Below, one piece after another: positions 1 through 8,859 of a DNA stretch of 32,000 nt. Position numbers and translations under genes: made by a program. Below the pieces are notes generated by a model that ran no database searches, was not told the origin of the DNA, and was given only the letters and a program-made list of their open reading frames with translations. How positions within the stretch are numbered: the stretch's first letter is position 1; each line of letters begins with the position of its first letter. The stretch is from Patescibacteria group bacterium (lineage in GTDB: Bacteria; Patescibacteriota; UBA1384; XYA2-FULL-43-10). The stretch lies in assembly GCA_041674405.1 (NCBI GenBank), contig JBAYVT010000003.1:90001-122000 (forward strand). The letters are read 5' to 3'.

Positions 1-883
1 GATAGCTGGTACCACCCCCGCCGACATCGCCTCCTGTACCTCCGGCGCCAGCGGTTGCGCTAATAACCATGTTGTATTCCGAAGCCGCAGTTTCACAGCC
101 TGAATTAATATCACAGTTGATGCCAACATAGACTACTTGATCAGACGAAAGATCAACGCTGACTGTCTTAATTTCGCCAGCGTTTCCTGCCATTTCATAT
201 CCAAGTTCCGTGCGATTGCTGTCAAAAACTTTTACTGTCGGCACAGCCTTGGTATCCGGAGTAAGCTTGACAGAAAAAGGTCCCGCCTTGGCAGAAACAG
301 CATAATAATCGTCGGTATCGACAGACGAATAGTATCCTGTGTAAGTCCCCGGATTAAGAGACATGGCTGATGTGATTGCTTGACCGGCGTCAGTGGTCGA
401 TCCGGCGTCGAAGCGGTCGGTTAGGGAAACTTCAAACGTGCCTGATTCCGTTCCCCAGGTGTCATCGGAAAGGCGGATGTAGAAAGTATGTGTGCTCTTG
501 GTAGAATTGGCGAGTGCAGCGACTGTGATCGGAGCAGGGGCGTCTTCAAATTCCGAGACCATTGACTCTTTATCATCGGAAAATAACTCGATTGTATTCA
601 GTGTTCCATACTGCGCATTTTCAGTCAGAACTTTGAATGTTCCAGTGACCTTCAGCTCCTGTCCGGCTTTAACGCTAATTGAGTAAAAATGTTTTTCGTT
701 CTCCACCAGTCTACCGACGGTGTAGCTGCCGGCAGCAATTCCAACCGCGGTATCAATCGTACTGCCGCCGCTTGGCAAACTTGCGGCTTGAACCTTGGAA
801 AAAGGAATGAAGATAGTCATTAAGGATAAAACCAAAAGAGATGCACAAATTTTGCCAAAGAATTGCGCAGTGTTTTTTATCAT
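1..883 (-). CDS. Secreted protein with N-terminal signal peptide and two PPC-like beta-sandwich repeats (partial, runs off left edge)
   Basis: Manual reverse-strand translation from the ATG at 883 after GGAGGGAAA gives MIKNTAQFFGKICASLLVLSLMTIFIPFSKVQAASLPSGGSTIDTAVGIAAGSYTVGRLVENEKHFYSISVKAGQEL... with no stop before base 1; two similar segments (AGSYTVGRLVENEKHFYSISVKAG / PGTYTGYYSSVDTDDYYAVSAKAG). Not in the ORF track because it is open at the edge. Confidence 0.8.
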   Translation of the reverse strand, partial: MIKNTAQFFGKICASLLVLSLMTIFIPFSKVQAASLPSGGSTIDTAVGIAAGSYTVGRLVENEKHFYSISVKAGQELKVTGTFKVLTENAQYGTLNTIELFSDDKESMVSEFEDAPAPITVAALANSTKSTHTFYIRLSDDTWGTESGTFEVSLTDRFDAGSTTDAGQAITSAMSLNPGTYTGYYSSVDTDDYYAVSAKAGPFSVKLTPDTKAVPTVKVFDSNRTELGYEMAGNAGEIKTVSVDLSSDQVVYVGINCDINSGCETAASEYNMVISATAGAGGTGGDVGGGGTSY

Positions 884-908
884 TTTCCCTCCTTAAAAAT
901 TATTTAAC

Positions 909-1514
909 TTAGAAATACCAAAAAATCCGCTGTACGCCAGAGCGCAAAAGCTCTTTGAAAATTTCCGGATTCATCATATTGACCATAACGAGAGCGACTA
1001 TAATAATTATCACCGAAAGCCACTTGGTGTAGGGCCCGGCTGTACGAAACAAAAGAATTAGTGATAAAACAGCCATCAATGTCGGTCCTAAGATCTTGAT
1101 GTCGCCGAGGGGGACGTACTGGCCTCCGGCATAGATGGAATCCAAATTGAGATATTGTCCGAGATCATAGCTTACGCCGAAAGCAATAAAAATTATTTCC
1201 AGGACGATTACGACTGCCAGCGCCCACGAAGCGAATGTTGTTGACTCTCCCTTGGTTCGGTAAATTTCATATCCGACGACTGGCAACATGAAAAGCGACA
1301 GAATGAGCACGCTGTGAGTGGCAATCCCGACCAGCAATCCGATTATTGCCCAGACCGTGAGAATGCTACAAATCATCGCGGGAGAAATTTTATCTTTGGT
1401 TTTCTTTTTCTCTGTATCGGGTGGGCTTGCCTGGAAGTCTGCACTCTTTTGATATTCAATCTCCGTACCCTCCTTGGCAACGGGTGCCGGCCCGTCTGAT
1501 CCGCCTCCTATCAT
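909..1514 (-). CDS. Multi-pass membrane protein with charged N-terminal tail, unknown function
   Basis: 201 aa ORF, several hydrophobic segments; co-directional with and close to both neighbours. Confidence 0.75.
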   Translation of the reverse strand: MIGGGSDGPAPVAKEGTEIEYQKSADFQASPPDTEKKKTKDKISPAMICSILTVWAIIGLLVGIATHSVLILSLFMLPVVGYEIYRTKGESTTFASWALAVVIVLEIIFIAFGVSYDLGQYLNLDSIYAGGQYVPLGDIKILGPTLMAVLSLILLFRTAGPYTKWLSVIIIIVALVMVNMMNPEIFKELLRSGVQRIFWYF

Positions 1515-1523
1515 TGGTCCTCC

Positions 1524-2474
1524 TTAATTTAACTTAGAAAAAAGCTTCTCGAATATTTTCTCAACTTCATCTTTGTTCAAAAATCCCTCGGCTCCTATCG
1601 TACTTGTTTTCGGGCTGACCTCCGTCCGGTGATATGTAGCACCTTCAACTCGTTCGCTGATTTTTTTCGAATCAAACTGGCTTACCGATTCGCAAGGAGT
1701 GGCGCCATCCGGTAATGATTCGTAGCTATAGAGCAAAGAGCCGGTAATCAAATAATTCTTCACTCGAACTGCAATACAAAAACGTTTTTTCTCGTCTTGG
1801 ATCAAGAATACTGCTGGTCGGCCGAGCACCGTTCCTTGCTCATTCTGAAGCCCCGATTTTTCTCTTTCCGCCTTTATTTTCGGGGCCGAGCTCTTCATCA
1901 GGGATTGCATCTTGTCCATTTGAGCTTTTTGCGTCGGAGTCATTTGAGCTTGAACTACTTTGCTATTCAAAACTTTTTCGAGATCCATACCGGCCGGTGC
2001 ACCGGGGATTTGCGAGTTATATAAATTACCTTCCGCCGTGTCACTTTGATTCTTCATAGCTTCTCCGGCGGTTTTTTCGTCTGGATACTCGACGACAATT
2101 ATATCTGCTACCATGTCGTACTCTTCAGGATGAGATTTGTTCATCTCTTGCCTTAGTTTCTCAATGGTCTCGACGGTGACTCCCGGCATGTACCCAGAGG
2201 CTGCGCAAGCTTTCATCCCTTTGTAAAAATCCGCCAGATTTCCACGGGTCATTTCTTTCGAATATTTTACTCCGGTGGCCGCAACCGGTTCTGGCCCGCC
2301 AGAAATCAAGCCGCCATCCACCAGAGTGCGATCCATCTTAATCTCGGGGCTAAAATGACCGACAGAAACGACGGTCTGATTTACTGAAGATGATTTTTTG
2401 AACGATTTCCATTGGCTACCGGACAGGGCATCATCGATGGCTGAAATGGTTTTGTTAGATTTTTTGGCTTTCAT
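1524..2474 (-). CDS. Hypothetical protein, 316 aa
   Basis: Long ORF beginning MKAKKSNKTISAIDDALSG; 9 nt upstream of the membrane-protein gene, probably the same operon. Confidence 0.75.
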   Translation of the reverse strand: MKAKKSNKTISAIDDALSGSQWKSFKKSSSVNQTVVSVGHFSPEIKMDRTLVDGGLISGGPEPVAATGVKYSKEMTRGNLADFYKGMKACAASGYMPGVTVETIEKLRQEMNKSHPEEYDMVADIIVVEYPDEKTAGEAMKNQSDTAEGNLYNSQIPGAPAGMDLEKVLNSKVVQAQMTPTQKAQMDKMQSLMKSSAPKIKAEREKSGLQNEQGTVLGRPAVFLIQDEKKRFCIAVRVKNYLITGSLLYSYESLPDGATPCESVSQFDSKKISERVEGATYHRTEVSPKTSTIGAEGFLNKDEVEKIFEKLFSKLN

Positions 2475-2668
2475 CGCGAGCTCATCATAAATTTCTTGCT
2501 ACAATTAGCATTGTACCACTCCGCTACAATAATAAAAGTAGAGTAAAGCACCTTCTTGTGGTCGTGCAAATTTATTTTAGCGAGAGATGAAAGAGAAAAT
2601 GGTAATGTAATTTTGCGTTTATGATAATCAGCATTGTAGCACCACCAATGCAAGCGTATATTTAAAGC

Positions 2669-3031
2669 ATGAAAAAATATGCAACGGTTGAGGATTATAT
2701 TTCTTCATACGATCCTGAAACTCGGGAGAAATTGGAATTGATGCGGAAAATTATTAAAGAAGCCGCACCGGAAGCCGTCGAATCGATCAGCTACGGCATG
2801 CCTGGTTATAAACTGAACGGAAAGCAGTTTCTCTACTTCGGCGGATTTCCTACCCACATCGGTTTTTACCCCCTGCCGTGTGCGATCAGAGAATTTTCCC
2901 ACGACATTAAGAAATTCAAACACTCCAAGGGGGCAATTCAATTTTCCCTTGCTGAACCTTTGCCGATAGGGTTAATAAAAAGAATGGTTAAGTATCGAAT
3001 AAGTGAACTGGAAGATAATAACTCGTGTTAA
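2669..3031 (+). CDS. DUF1801-like (YdhG-type) small protein
   Basis: 120 aa ORF: VEDYISSYDPETREKLELMRKIIKEAAPEAVESISYGMPGYKLNGK...FGGFPTHIGFYP, typical of DUF1801 proteins. Confidence 0.8.
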   Translation: MKKYATVEDYISSYDPETREKLELMRKIIKEAAPEAVESISYGMPGYKLNGKQFLYFGGFPTHIGFYPLPCAIREFSHDIKKFKHSKGAIQFSLAEPLPIGLIKRMVKYRISELEDNNSC

Positions 3032-3693
3032 TAAATATAGAGGAACCGATTATAAATTATCTTTCGAATCTATACAATCTACCCGGGACGGTCAGCTACT
3101 GCGAGCAAGCAATCGGCCACATAATCAAACGGCCATTTGATACCGGTGGCAATATTGTCTTTCTAATTGTCGGGATAATAATTTTATTGGTGGGCAGAAA
3201 CAAAGCACTCGCTAGAGCCTTCGGTTGGACGACAATTTTGATCTGGCTTCTTTCATCGATCTGGGATGCAACTGCTAGTTTTCTCTTTCAGATTTTCGAT
3301 TTCACCGGAATGTTTATTTTCGTAACATTGCTTTTATTTTTGAATTTCGAGCGAATGGGGTTAAAAGTGGCTAAAATTTATCGCTGGCTGGTTGTGATTC
3401 TCGGCGCGGCGATATTTTTGGTATTTGGTGGACTTTCGCCTCATGTTTTCTTCGGCGCATTGGTTTTTGCCGTCATAATTACTGAATTTTTGGCGAGGCA
3501 AAAATATTCAAGAAAACTTTGGTACTTGGGCTTGGCTTCTTTCGCCACCGGATTCATATTTTGGATAATTGATATGAATAAACTCATTTGTGACCCGACA
3601 AAAATTTTCTCTGGCCGCAACTTAGAGCACCTATTTTTCTCGATAGCAATATATCTTCTGTGTGTACATTATAGTAAGATTCAAGAAGAATAA
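3025..3693 (+). CDS. Multi-pass membrane protein, unknown function
   Basis: 222 aa ORF with multiple hydrophobic helices; overlaps the end of the preceding gene. Confidence 0.7.
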   Translation: MLINIEEPIINYLSNLYNLPGTVSYCEQAIGHIIKRPFDTGGNIVFLIVGIIILLVGRNKALARAFGWTTILIWLLSSIWDATASFLFQIFDFTGMFIFVTLLLFLNFERMGLKVAKIYRWLVVILGAAIFLVFGGLSPHVFFGALVFAVIITEFLARQKYSRKLWYLGLASFATGFIFWIIDMNKLICDPTKIFSGRNLEHLFFSIAIYLLCVHYSKIQEE

Positions 3694-3704
3694 TTGAGGG
3701 TAAT

Positions 3705-4295
3705 ATGAATATTTTTCTTACTTCACAAGCGTCGAGGGTTTTGGATAAGATTGTGGAAATGCTACCAAAACCACCCAGAGAACTCAGGGTGGCATTTATT
3801 CCGACAGCATCCGATCCCTACGAAGAGCATCCGTGGTTAGATGAGGATCGAGCGAAGTTTATCGAACTTGGATTTAATGTTATTGACTTCGATTTGAAGT
3901 ATAAAACAGAGGATGAAACGCGCCAAGCTCTTAAAAATTTTGATATTTTGTTTGTTGCTGGTGGTAACACATTCTATCTTCTGAGCGAAGCAAGGAAGAG
4001 CGGGTTCTGCAAAGTTGCAAAGGAAATGGTTGAAGCTGGCAAAATTTACATTGGATCTAGTGCGGGAAGTTACATCGCTTGCCCAACAATCGAAGCAGCC
4101 ACATGGAAAAATCCGGAGAAAGAACGATTTGGGCTGGTTGATCTAAGGGCTTTGTGCTTCGTAGATTTTATACTCACAGCACACTACAAAGACAAATATA
4201 AGGATGCAGTGGCTGAAGGCAAAAAAACTTCTAGATACCGTGTAGTTGTATTAACTGACGAACAATTTGTTGATAAAGATGGAAAAATTTACTAA
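3705..4295 (+). CDS. Peptidase E-like / class I glutamine amidotransferase-like protein (peptidase S51 family)
   Basis: LFVAGGNTFYLLSEARKSG and YIGSSAGSYIACPTIEAA match the S51 nucleophile-elbow region. Confidence 0.82.
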   Translation: MNIFLTSQASRVLDKIVEMLPKPPRELRVAFIPTASDPYEEHPWLDEDRAKFIELGFNVIDFDLKYKTEDETRQALKNFDILFVAGGNTFYLLSEARKSGFCKVAKEMVEAGKIYIGSSAGSYIACPTIEAATWKNPEKERFGLVDLRALCFVDFILTAHYKDKYKDAVAEGKKTSRYRVVVLTDEQFVDKDGKIY

Positions 4296-4647
4296 AAATC
4301 TAATAGCCCCTTGTGGGATGAACTGCGGAGTTTGTCTTCACTATTTACGGGCAGAAAATAAATGCCCTGGTTGCTTTACCGGTCGTAAAGTAAATAGTCG
4401 ACCGATCAAGTGCGGGCGCCGCCTATGCAAAAGCCGAACTGGCGTTTTCTGCTTCGAGTGCAATAAGTTCCCTTGCGACAGCATTGAGCGATTAGATGCG
4501 CGCTATCGTGAAAAATACGGCATGTCGGAAATTGAGAATTTACTATATATAAGAGACAATGGAATTGACGAATTCTTAAAATCGCAAGGGAAGAAATATA
4601 TCAAAGGCGACAAAATATATTGCGTGCATGATAAAAAATATTATTAG
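4279..4647 (+). CDS. DUF3795-like cysteine-rich protein
   Basis: MEKFTKNLIAPCGMNCGVCLHYLRAENKCPGCFTGRK...CKSRTGVFCFECNKFPCDSIERLDARYREKYGMS. ATG at 4279 overlaps the end of the S51 gene. Confidence 0.78.
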   Translation: MEKFTKNLIAPCGMNCGVCLHYLRAENKCPGCFTGRKVNSRPIKCGRRLCKSRTGVFCFECNKFPCDSIERLDARYREKYGMSEIENLLYIRDNGIDEFLKSQGKKYIKGDKIYCVHDKKYY

Positions 4648-4658
4648 AAATCTAAGCC

Positions 4659-4985
4659 ATGAAAAATAGTACAGCAAAATTTTTCCTTTGGATTCCCAGA
4701 ATTCTCTCGATCCTTTTCATTATCTTCATCAGCATATTTGCTTTGGATGTTTTTTCTGAATCACAATGGCTATTTGCTCTTTTAATGCACCTGATCCCCA
4801 CTGCTATTTTGATTATATTAACAGCGATTGCCTGGAAAAACGAGTGGATCGGCGGAATGATATTTTTTGCATCTGGAGTGATTTTTTTGATTGCGACTCG
4901 CCTTGAGGCCTACATAATCGCTCTCCCATTAATTGCCATCGGGGTATTGTTTTTACTGAGTAAAAAATATGGTCTAAAGAAATGA
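4659..4985 (+). CDS. Small membrane protein (108 aa)
   Basis: Multiple hydrophobic helices; in the same gene string. Confidence 0.65.
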   Translation: MKNSTAKFFLWIPRILSILFIIFISIFALDVFSESQWLFALLMHLIPTAILIILTAIAWKNEWIGGMIFFASGVIFLIATRLEAYIIALPLIAIGVLFLLSKKYGLKK

Positions 4986-4992
4986 GGTGTAA

Positions 4993-5502
4993 ATGGCAAA
5001 ACAATTAAATGAGAATGGAAAAGAGCTGGGACCGAATGATGAAACCGGCTGCTGCCCGCGATTTGATCCCAAACCGTGGGATGGAAAAGTTATTGAATGG
5101 GAAGCTAAAAAGTTTATAAAAGACCGCGTCAGAACGTTTATGTTCATGCCGATTAACTTTGGCAAAGTAATGACTAGAGCGATGAAAAAGATCGATGATT
5201 CAGATGCCAAGTCAGACGTCGGACTCTGCTTATCTGACCATACTTCAAAATGGAATATGGACATTTACATTGCCGTATCCAAAGAAGTTAAAGACGCGGA
5301 TAATGTGACGATTTCCGGCAAGTTTTTATCCAAAGTTTACGATGGCCCGTTCAAAGATACGGGCATTTGGTGTAAGGATTTCGAGAATTATGCAAAAAAA
5401 GAGGGTCACGAGATTAAAAAGTGGTACATGTCCTACACTACCTGCCCTGCCTGTGCCAAAAAATACGGCCATAATTATGTGATTGTCTTGGGACAAATTT
5501 AA
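4993..5502 (+). CDS. Conserved-looking hypothetical protein, putative hydrolase-like
   Basis: 169 aa ORF with ETGCCPRFDPKPWD and TTCPACAKKYGHNYVIVLGQI; exact family not assigned. Confidence 0.7.
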   Translation: MAKQLNENGKELGPNDETGCCPRFDPKPWDGKVIEWEAKKFIKDRVRTFMFMPINFGKVMTRAMKKIDDSDAKSDVGLCLSDHTSKWNMDIYIAVSKEVKDADNVTISGKFLSKVYDGPFKDTGIWCKDFENYAKKEGHEIKKWYMSYTTCPACAKKYGHNYVIVLGQI

Positions 5503-5570
5503 TTCAAATCTTATGGGAAAAATAAGACTGAAGAGATCACAATAAATTCTTTGGAGATATCATTAAAAAA

Positions 5571-6185
5571 ATGAAAAAAATATCAATTTTCGGTTTTCTT
5601 GGGACCGCTACATATCTTTTAACAATTATCATCGGTGGACTTTTTAGAGACAACTATCGGCTTTTTATTGACCCGATCAGCCGTATTTTTGCACGAGGCC
5701 TTCCTGGAAGCTGGGCCATTGCCCTGTTTCTTACACTAGGCAATTTTTTGATAATTGCGATCGCGATTGGGATATTTATTCGCTCAAAAAATACTTTTAT
5801 CAAAACCGGAATGATTTTTTTGATTTTTTCAGGGATCATCGCGAGCATACTGTATAATTTTTTTCCAATGGATCCATGGCTCGGCGGCCGGACCCCGGCA
5901 GATGTCATACACAATGATATTTTTGGGGTTGTTGTTGCGAGTATTATTTTTGCCTTGTTTTTCTTTGCCCTGGGAGCCAAATTTGAACTGAGATACAAGA
6001 GTTTGTCCAAATATCTTTGGGCGACATTTATTGCGTTCCTCGCAGTTAGTGTTGCCGGCGGAATATCCTGGGATAATTTTCCCTATCTCACCGGCTCACT
6101 TGAGAGTATTTTTTTGTTAATCTTCATGCAATGGCTCATTGTGATTTCAAGAACGCTTCAACTAGAGCATAATAAAAACAATTAG
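5571..6185 (+). CDS. DUF998-like integral membrane protein
   Basis: 204 aa ORF; LGTATYLLTIIIGGLFRDNYR...YNFFPMDPW and multiple helices resemble DUF998. Confidence 0.65.
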   Translation: MKKISIFGFLGTATYLLTIIIGGLFRDNYRLFIDPISRIFARGLPGSWAIALFLTLGNFLIIAIAIGIFIRSKNTFIKTGMIFLIFSGIIASILYNFFPMDPWLGGRTPADVIHNDIFGVVVASIIFALFFFALGAKFELRYKSLSKYLWATFIAFLAVSVAGGISWDNFPYLTGSLESIFLLIFMQWLIVISRTLQLEHNKNN

Positions 6186-6274
6186 ATGTTTGGAAGGAAA
6201 ATGAACGAGGACCAAGAGCCCAAAAAAGAAGTTTTTGAGGAAGACGACGAATCGGAATGGGAATAAATTTTATA

Positions 6275-7189
6275 TCAGTAGGAATGGGTTGAAAAGAAAG
6301 CCCGAGCTTCATCTCGAGTTGAACTTATAGGCACTCCGCTTTGATAGAGCATCCTGATCGATCTTTGATCATTGGCCTTAAGCCCACCCCAATACATCAT
6401 AATCGGATTACCCATCTCTGACTCTCCCAACCTATTCGAATGGCCCATAAAACCAACCGCATGCATCATTTCGTGCTTTAGAGACCAGCATTTTTCTTCG
6501 TTGCCCCAATCGCTATTATTTGGAAGATAGATTACCGCCGAGGTCATATTCCCTAAAGTATCATTTGTCGTATCCGCAAACGGTAAATAATTACCATTCA
6601 TTTCCCGAAGTTCCTCCATTGTGACCATCTCGATCCTTATCTGCATCGCCGGTTGGTTGGCATCATGAACAATCCTAACTCCTCCAGAATTATTGTTGAA
6701 ATCAGCAATGAACATATCAAGACATTGGTTATACTCTGATAAAATTACGCCAGGCCGCCCTGCGGCATAAATTGTACTTCTCGACCAACGTTTTGTATTC
6801 CTGGGTTCAAATTCACCGATACTGGAATTTGCTAGATCAAGATAGAAATCCAAGAAACTGACAGATGCGGCTGGAGGTGTCGTTCCTGGATTTGATCCTC
6901 CGGAGTTATCTTGTCCATCTGATTTATCACTTTTGGGCGCATCTTTTGTATCAGGAGTTTTTGTTTCCGGATTATCTGCCAGATTTTCAGCCGAGGGTTC
7001 TTCGTTGGGAAAATTTATTTCGATATCGTCTTTTGAATTTGGACCGAGAAAATATGAGCGATAACTAGCATATCCGGTGACAGCAAAAAATAAAAAAATT
7101 ATTACTCCAAGAATGATCCAGCGGGTTTTTTTGGGGGTTTTGGCCTTTTGTTCTTCGCCAGGTTTTTGATCTTCCCTTTTTTCCATCAA
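6275..7189 (-). CDS. Membrane-anchored zinc metalloprotease-like protein
   Basis: N-terminal TM anchor (WIILGVIIFLFFAVTGYASYRS), low-complexity linker, then KHEMMHAVGFMGHSNRLGE (HExxHxxGxxxH). Confidence 0.78.
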   Translation of the reverse strand: MMEKREDQKPGEEQKAKTPKKTRWIILGVIIFLFFAVTGYASYRSYFLGPNSKDDIEINFPNEEPSAENLADNPETKTPDTKDAPKSDKSDGQDNSGGSNPGTTPPAASVSFLDFYLDLANSSIGEFEPRNTKRWSRSTIYAAGRPGVILSEYNQCLDMFIADFNNNSGGVRIVHDANQPAMQIRIEMVTMEELREMNGNYLPFADTTNDTLGNMTSAVIYLPNNSDWGNEEKCWSLKHEMMHAVGFMGHSNRLGESEMGNPIMMYWGGLKANDQRSIRMLYQSGVPISSTRDEARAFFSTHSY

Positions 7190-7290
7190 AATTTATTATA
7201 TTCCTCCGTCATCAAGTTGAAAATAAGTTTATGCTTGAGTAAAATAAAAGCAATATTGATATTGCTTAGTTGATTTCGAAATGGAGTCAA

Positions 7291-7407
7291 ATGGAACAGT
7301 GGATTTTGATCCTTGGCTGGGGGTCGCCGATAGGCATCGGGATTTTCCTAGTCGCCATAGCGACTATGGTTTATATTCTGTCCAAGGCCAACAAGAAAAA
7401 AGAATAG
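7291..7407 (+). CDS. 38-aa single-pass membrane protein
   Basis: ATG at 7291: MEQWILILGWGSPIGIGIFLVAIATMVYILSKANKKKE, stop TAG 7405-7407. Below the ORF-track cutoff. Confidence 0.45.
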   Translation: MEQWILILGWGSPIGIGIFLVAIATMVYILSKANKKKE

Positions 7408-7442
7408 GAATATTCTAAAATATTTCATTGGACGAAGGAATC

Positions 7443-7706
7443 ATGAGACGATGGTTCCACTGGATTTTTTTGGGAATTGGAATCGTGCTCTTAATTCTTG
7501 GTGCAACCCTGGCATTTTATTACTACTACCGCTTGCCGATGGAGATCAAGTCCGGCGAATTCACCCACACAGCGATTGATGTCGTCCAAAGTAGCGGCAA
7601 ATCGCCAGGAATTGTAACTTGGAAAATCGGCTCAAATACCTATACAATCGATAATTCGGGTGATGGCGGTGGGGCCTCCACTAAAGATACTGATACAAAA
7701 AAATAA
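7443..7706 (+). CDS. Small single-pass membrane/secreted protein
   Basis: ATG at 7443 preceded by GAAGGAATC; MRRWFHWIFLGIGIVLLILGATLAFYYYYRLPMEIKSG... Confidence 0.6.
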   Translation: MRRWFHWIFLGIGIVLLILGATLAFYYYYRLPMEIKSGEFTHTAIDVVQSSGKSPGIVTWKIGSNTYTIDNSGDGGGASTKDTDTKK

Positions 7707-7920
7707 TTGACCTCGAGGAACTCTTTCGCTATATTTTAGCTGTTGGAAAAATGTTCTCGTGTTCTGCCCTTGGAACAATCAAACGAGCCCAACCGGAAAA
7801 CTCAAGGGCCCCAAAAACTATTCAAATGCGGACTTGCCTCGAGTCGAAAAGGTTTACCTCGAGCTTAGTCGAGAGGTCGAAATTGGATAGTCTTATCAAC
7901 CTAACTTCGCTGGAGAATTC

Positions 7921-8121
7921 ATGGATAATAAAGAATTCAACAAGGCCTTCGATGAGGCAACAAAGAAGAAAATGCTCGAAGAGCCGGAAATTTGGTACAA
8001 ACCGCGAAGGCACAGATGGGATGAGTGGGGCTCGCCGGTCGGACTGGGAATCTGGTGGTTGCTATTCTGGGTTACACCAGCAATCGTCATCTACATCCTC
8101 CATCTCGCCGAACTGATCTAG
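7921..8121 (+). CDS. Small (66 aa) membrane protein
   Basis: MDNKEFNKAFDEATKKKMLEEPEIWYKPRRHRWDEWGSPVGLGIWWLLFWVTPAIVIYILHLAELI; GGAG 5 nt upstream; strong terminator immediately downstream. Confidence 0.55.
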   Translation: MDNKEFNKAFDEATKKKMLEEPEIWYKPRRHRWDEWGSPVGLGIWWLLFWVTPAIVIYILHLAELI

Positions 8122-8130
8122 CAAGCAAAA

Positions 8131-8164
8131 TAAAAATCGCCCGACATTTCTCGGGCGATTTTTA
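8131..8164 (+). terminator. Rho-independent terminator, potentially bidirectional
   Basis: Perfect 14-bp stem TAAAAATCGCCCGA / TCGGGCGATTTTTA with loop CATTTC. Confidence 0.85.
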
Positions 8165-8198
8165 TTTGGCAAACAATTTGAAAGTTTGCTCAAGAATA

Positions 8199-8227
8199 TT
8201 GCAAAAAAGGCAAATTTATTGTATAAA
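8199..8227 (+). promoter_or_regulatory. Candidate sigma70-type promoter for the GC-rich 87-aa gene
   Basis: TTGCAA - 17 nt - TATAAA just upstream of ORF 8286-8549. Confidence 0.55.
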
Positions 8228-8285
8228 ATATACGCTCAATAAAACGGAGAAATCTGTGACTCGGAAAGGAGTTGCTGCGGTACCT

Positions 8286-8549
8286 ATGACCGAAACCACC
8301 AACCACAAGAGACAGAGACAAGCCCGACTCCGCACTCGCCAACCGTTAATGCTTGACTTGAGCGACGGCGAGCTTCTGAAAGAGCTCGGCAACAGCGTCC
8401 GCGTCCACTTCCGGTGCGGCCACATTGAATGGGTCGACACTCGCACCCTCCTAGCTCAAGACGGAGGTCGAGCCGTCGCCACTGCAGCAGTCAAGTACAA
8501 TGCGGTGATCCGTCGGAGCCAGACGTACTGCCCGGCCTGCAACAAGTGA
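8286..8549 (+). CDS. GC-rich 87-aa protein with CG-H ... CPxC putative zinc-binding residues
   Basis: ATG at 8286 after GGAAAGGAG; MTETTNHKRQRQARLRTRQPLMLDLSDGELLKELGNSVRVHFRCGHIEWVDTRTLLAQDGGRAVATAAVKYNAVIRRSQTYCPACNK. Confidence 0.65.
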   Translation: MTETTNHKRQRQARLRTRQPLMLDLSDGELLKELGNSVRVHFRCGHIEWVDTRTLLAQDGGRAVATAAVKYNAVIRRSQTYCPACNK

Positions 8550-8600
8550 CGACTTCGCTACTCCGTACACCGCGCCCATTCCTGCAACTCGGGAATGGGC

Positions 8601-8642
8601 AAGGCCAGAGAGATCAAATAATTGATCATTCTGGCCTTTTTT
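8601..8642 (+). terminator. Intrinsic terminator
   Basis: AAGGCCAGA...TCTGGCCTTTTTT, preceded by another hairpin GCCCATTCC (8574-8582)/GGAATGGGC (8592-8600). Confidence 0.7.
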
Positions 8643-8859
8643 GGATCAATTTCCATATTTATCTCCATACTCTCGAGCTAAAATAGAAATAATTTAGAAT
8701 GTAAAACCTAAAGCTGGGACGATAAGCGAATATTCGGATCTAAATAAACATTAAAAGGTGGTAACCAACAGATTGTAGCTAGTGATTTTGGAGGAATTAC
8801 TCTTTATTTGGCCTCTACAATTATCTATAATTAAATTATCTATTAACAAAAAGGAGCTT

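Noticed and set aside
7751-8116. 121-aa plus-strand ORF
   Set aside because: Overlaps the more plausible 66-aa membrane protein in another frame; composition (RNSTRPSMRQQRRKCSKSRKFG) looks like an out-of-frame read.
8025-8285. N-terminal extension of the 174-aa ORF before 8286
   Set aside because: It spans a strong terminator and a promoter; a Shine-Dalgarno precedes the ATG at 8286, so translation probably starts there.
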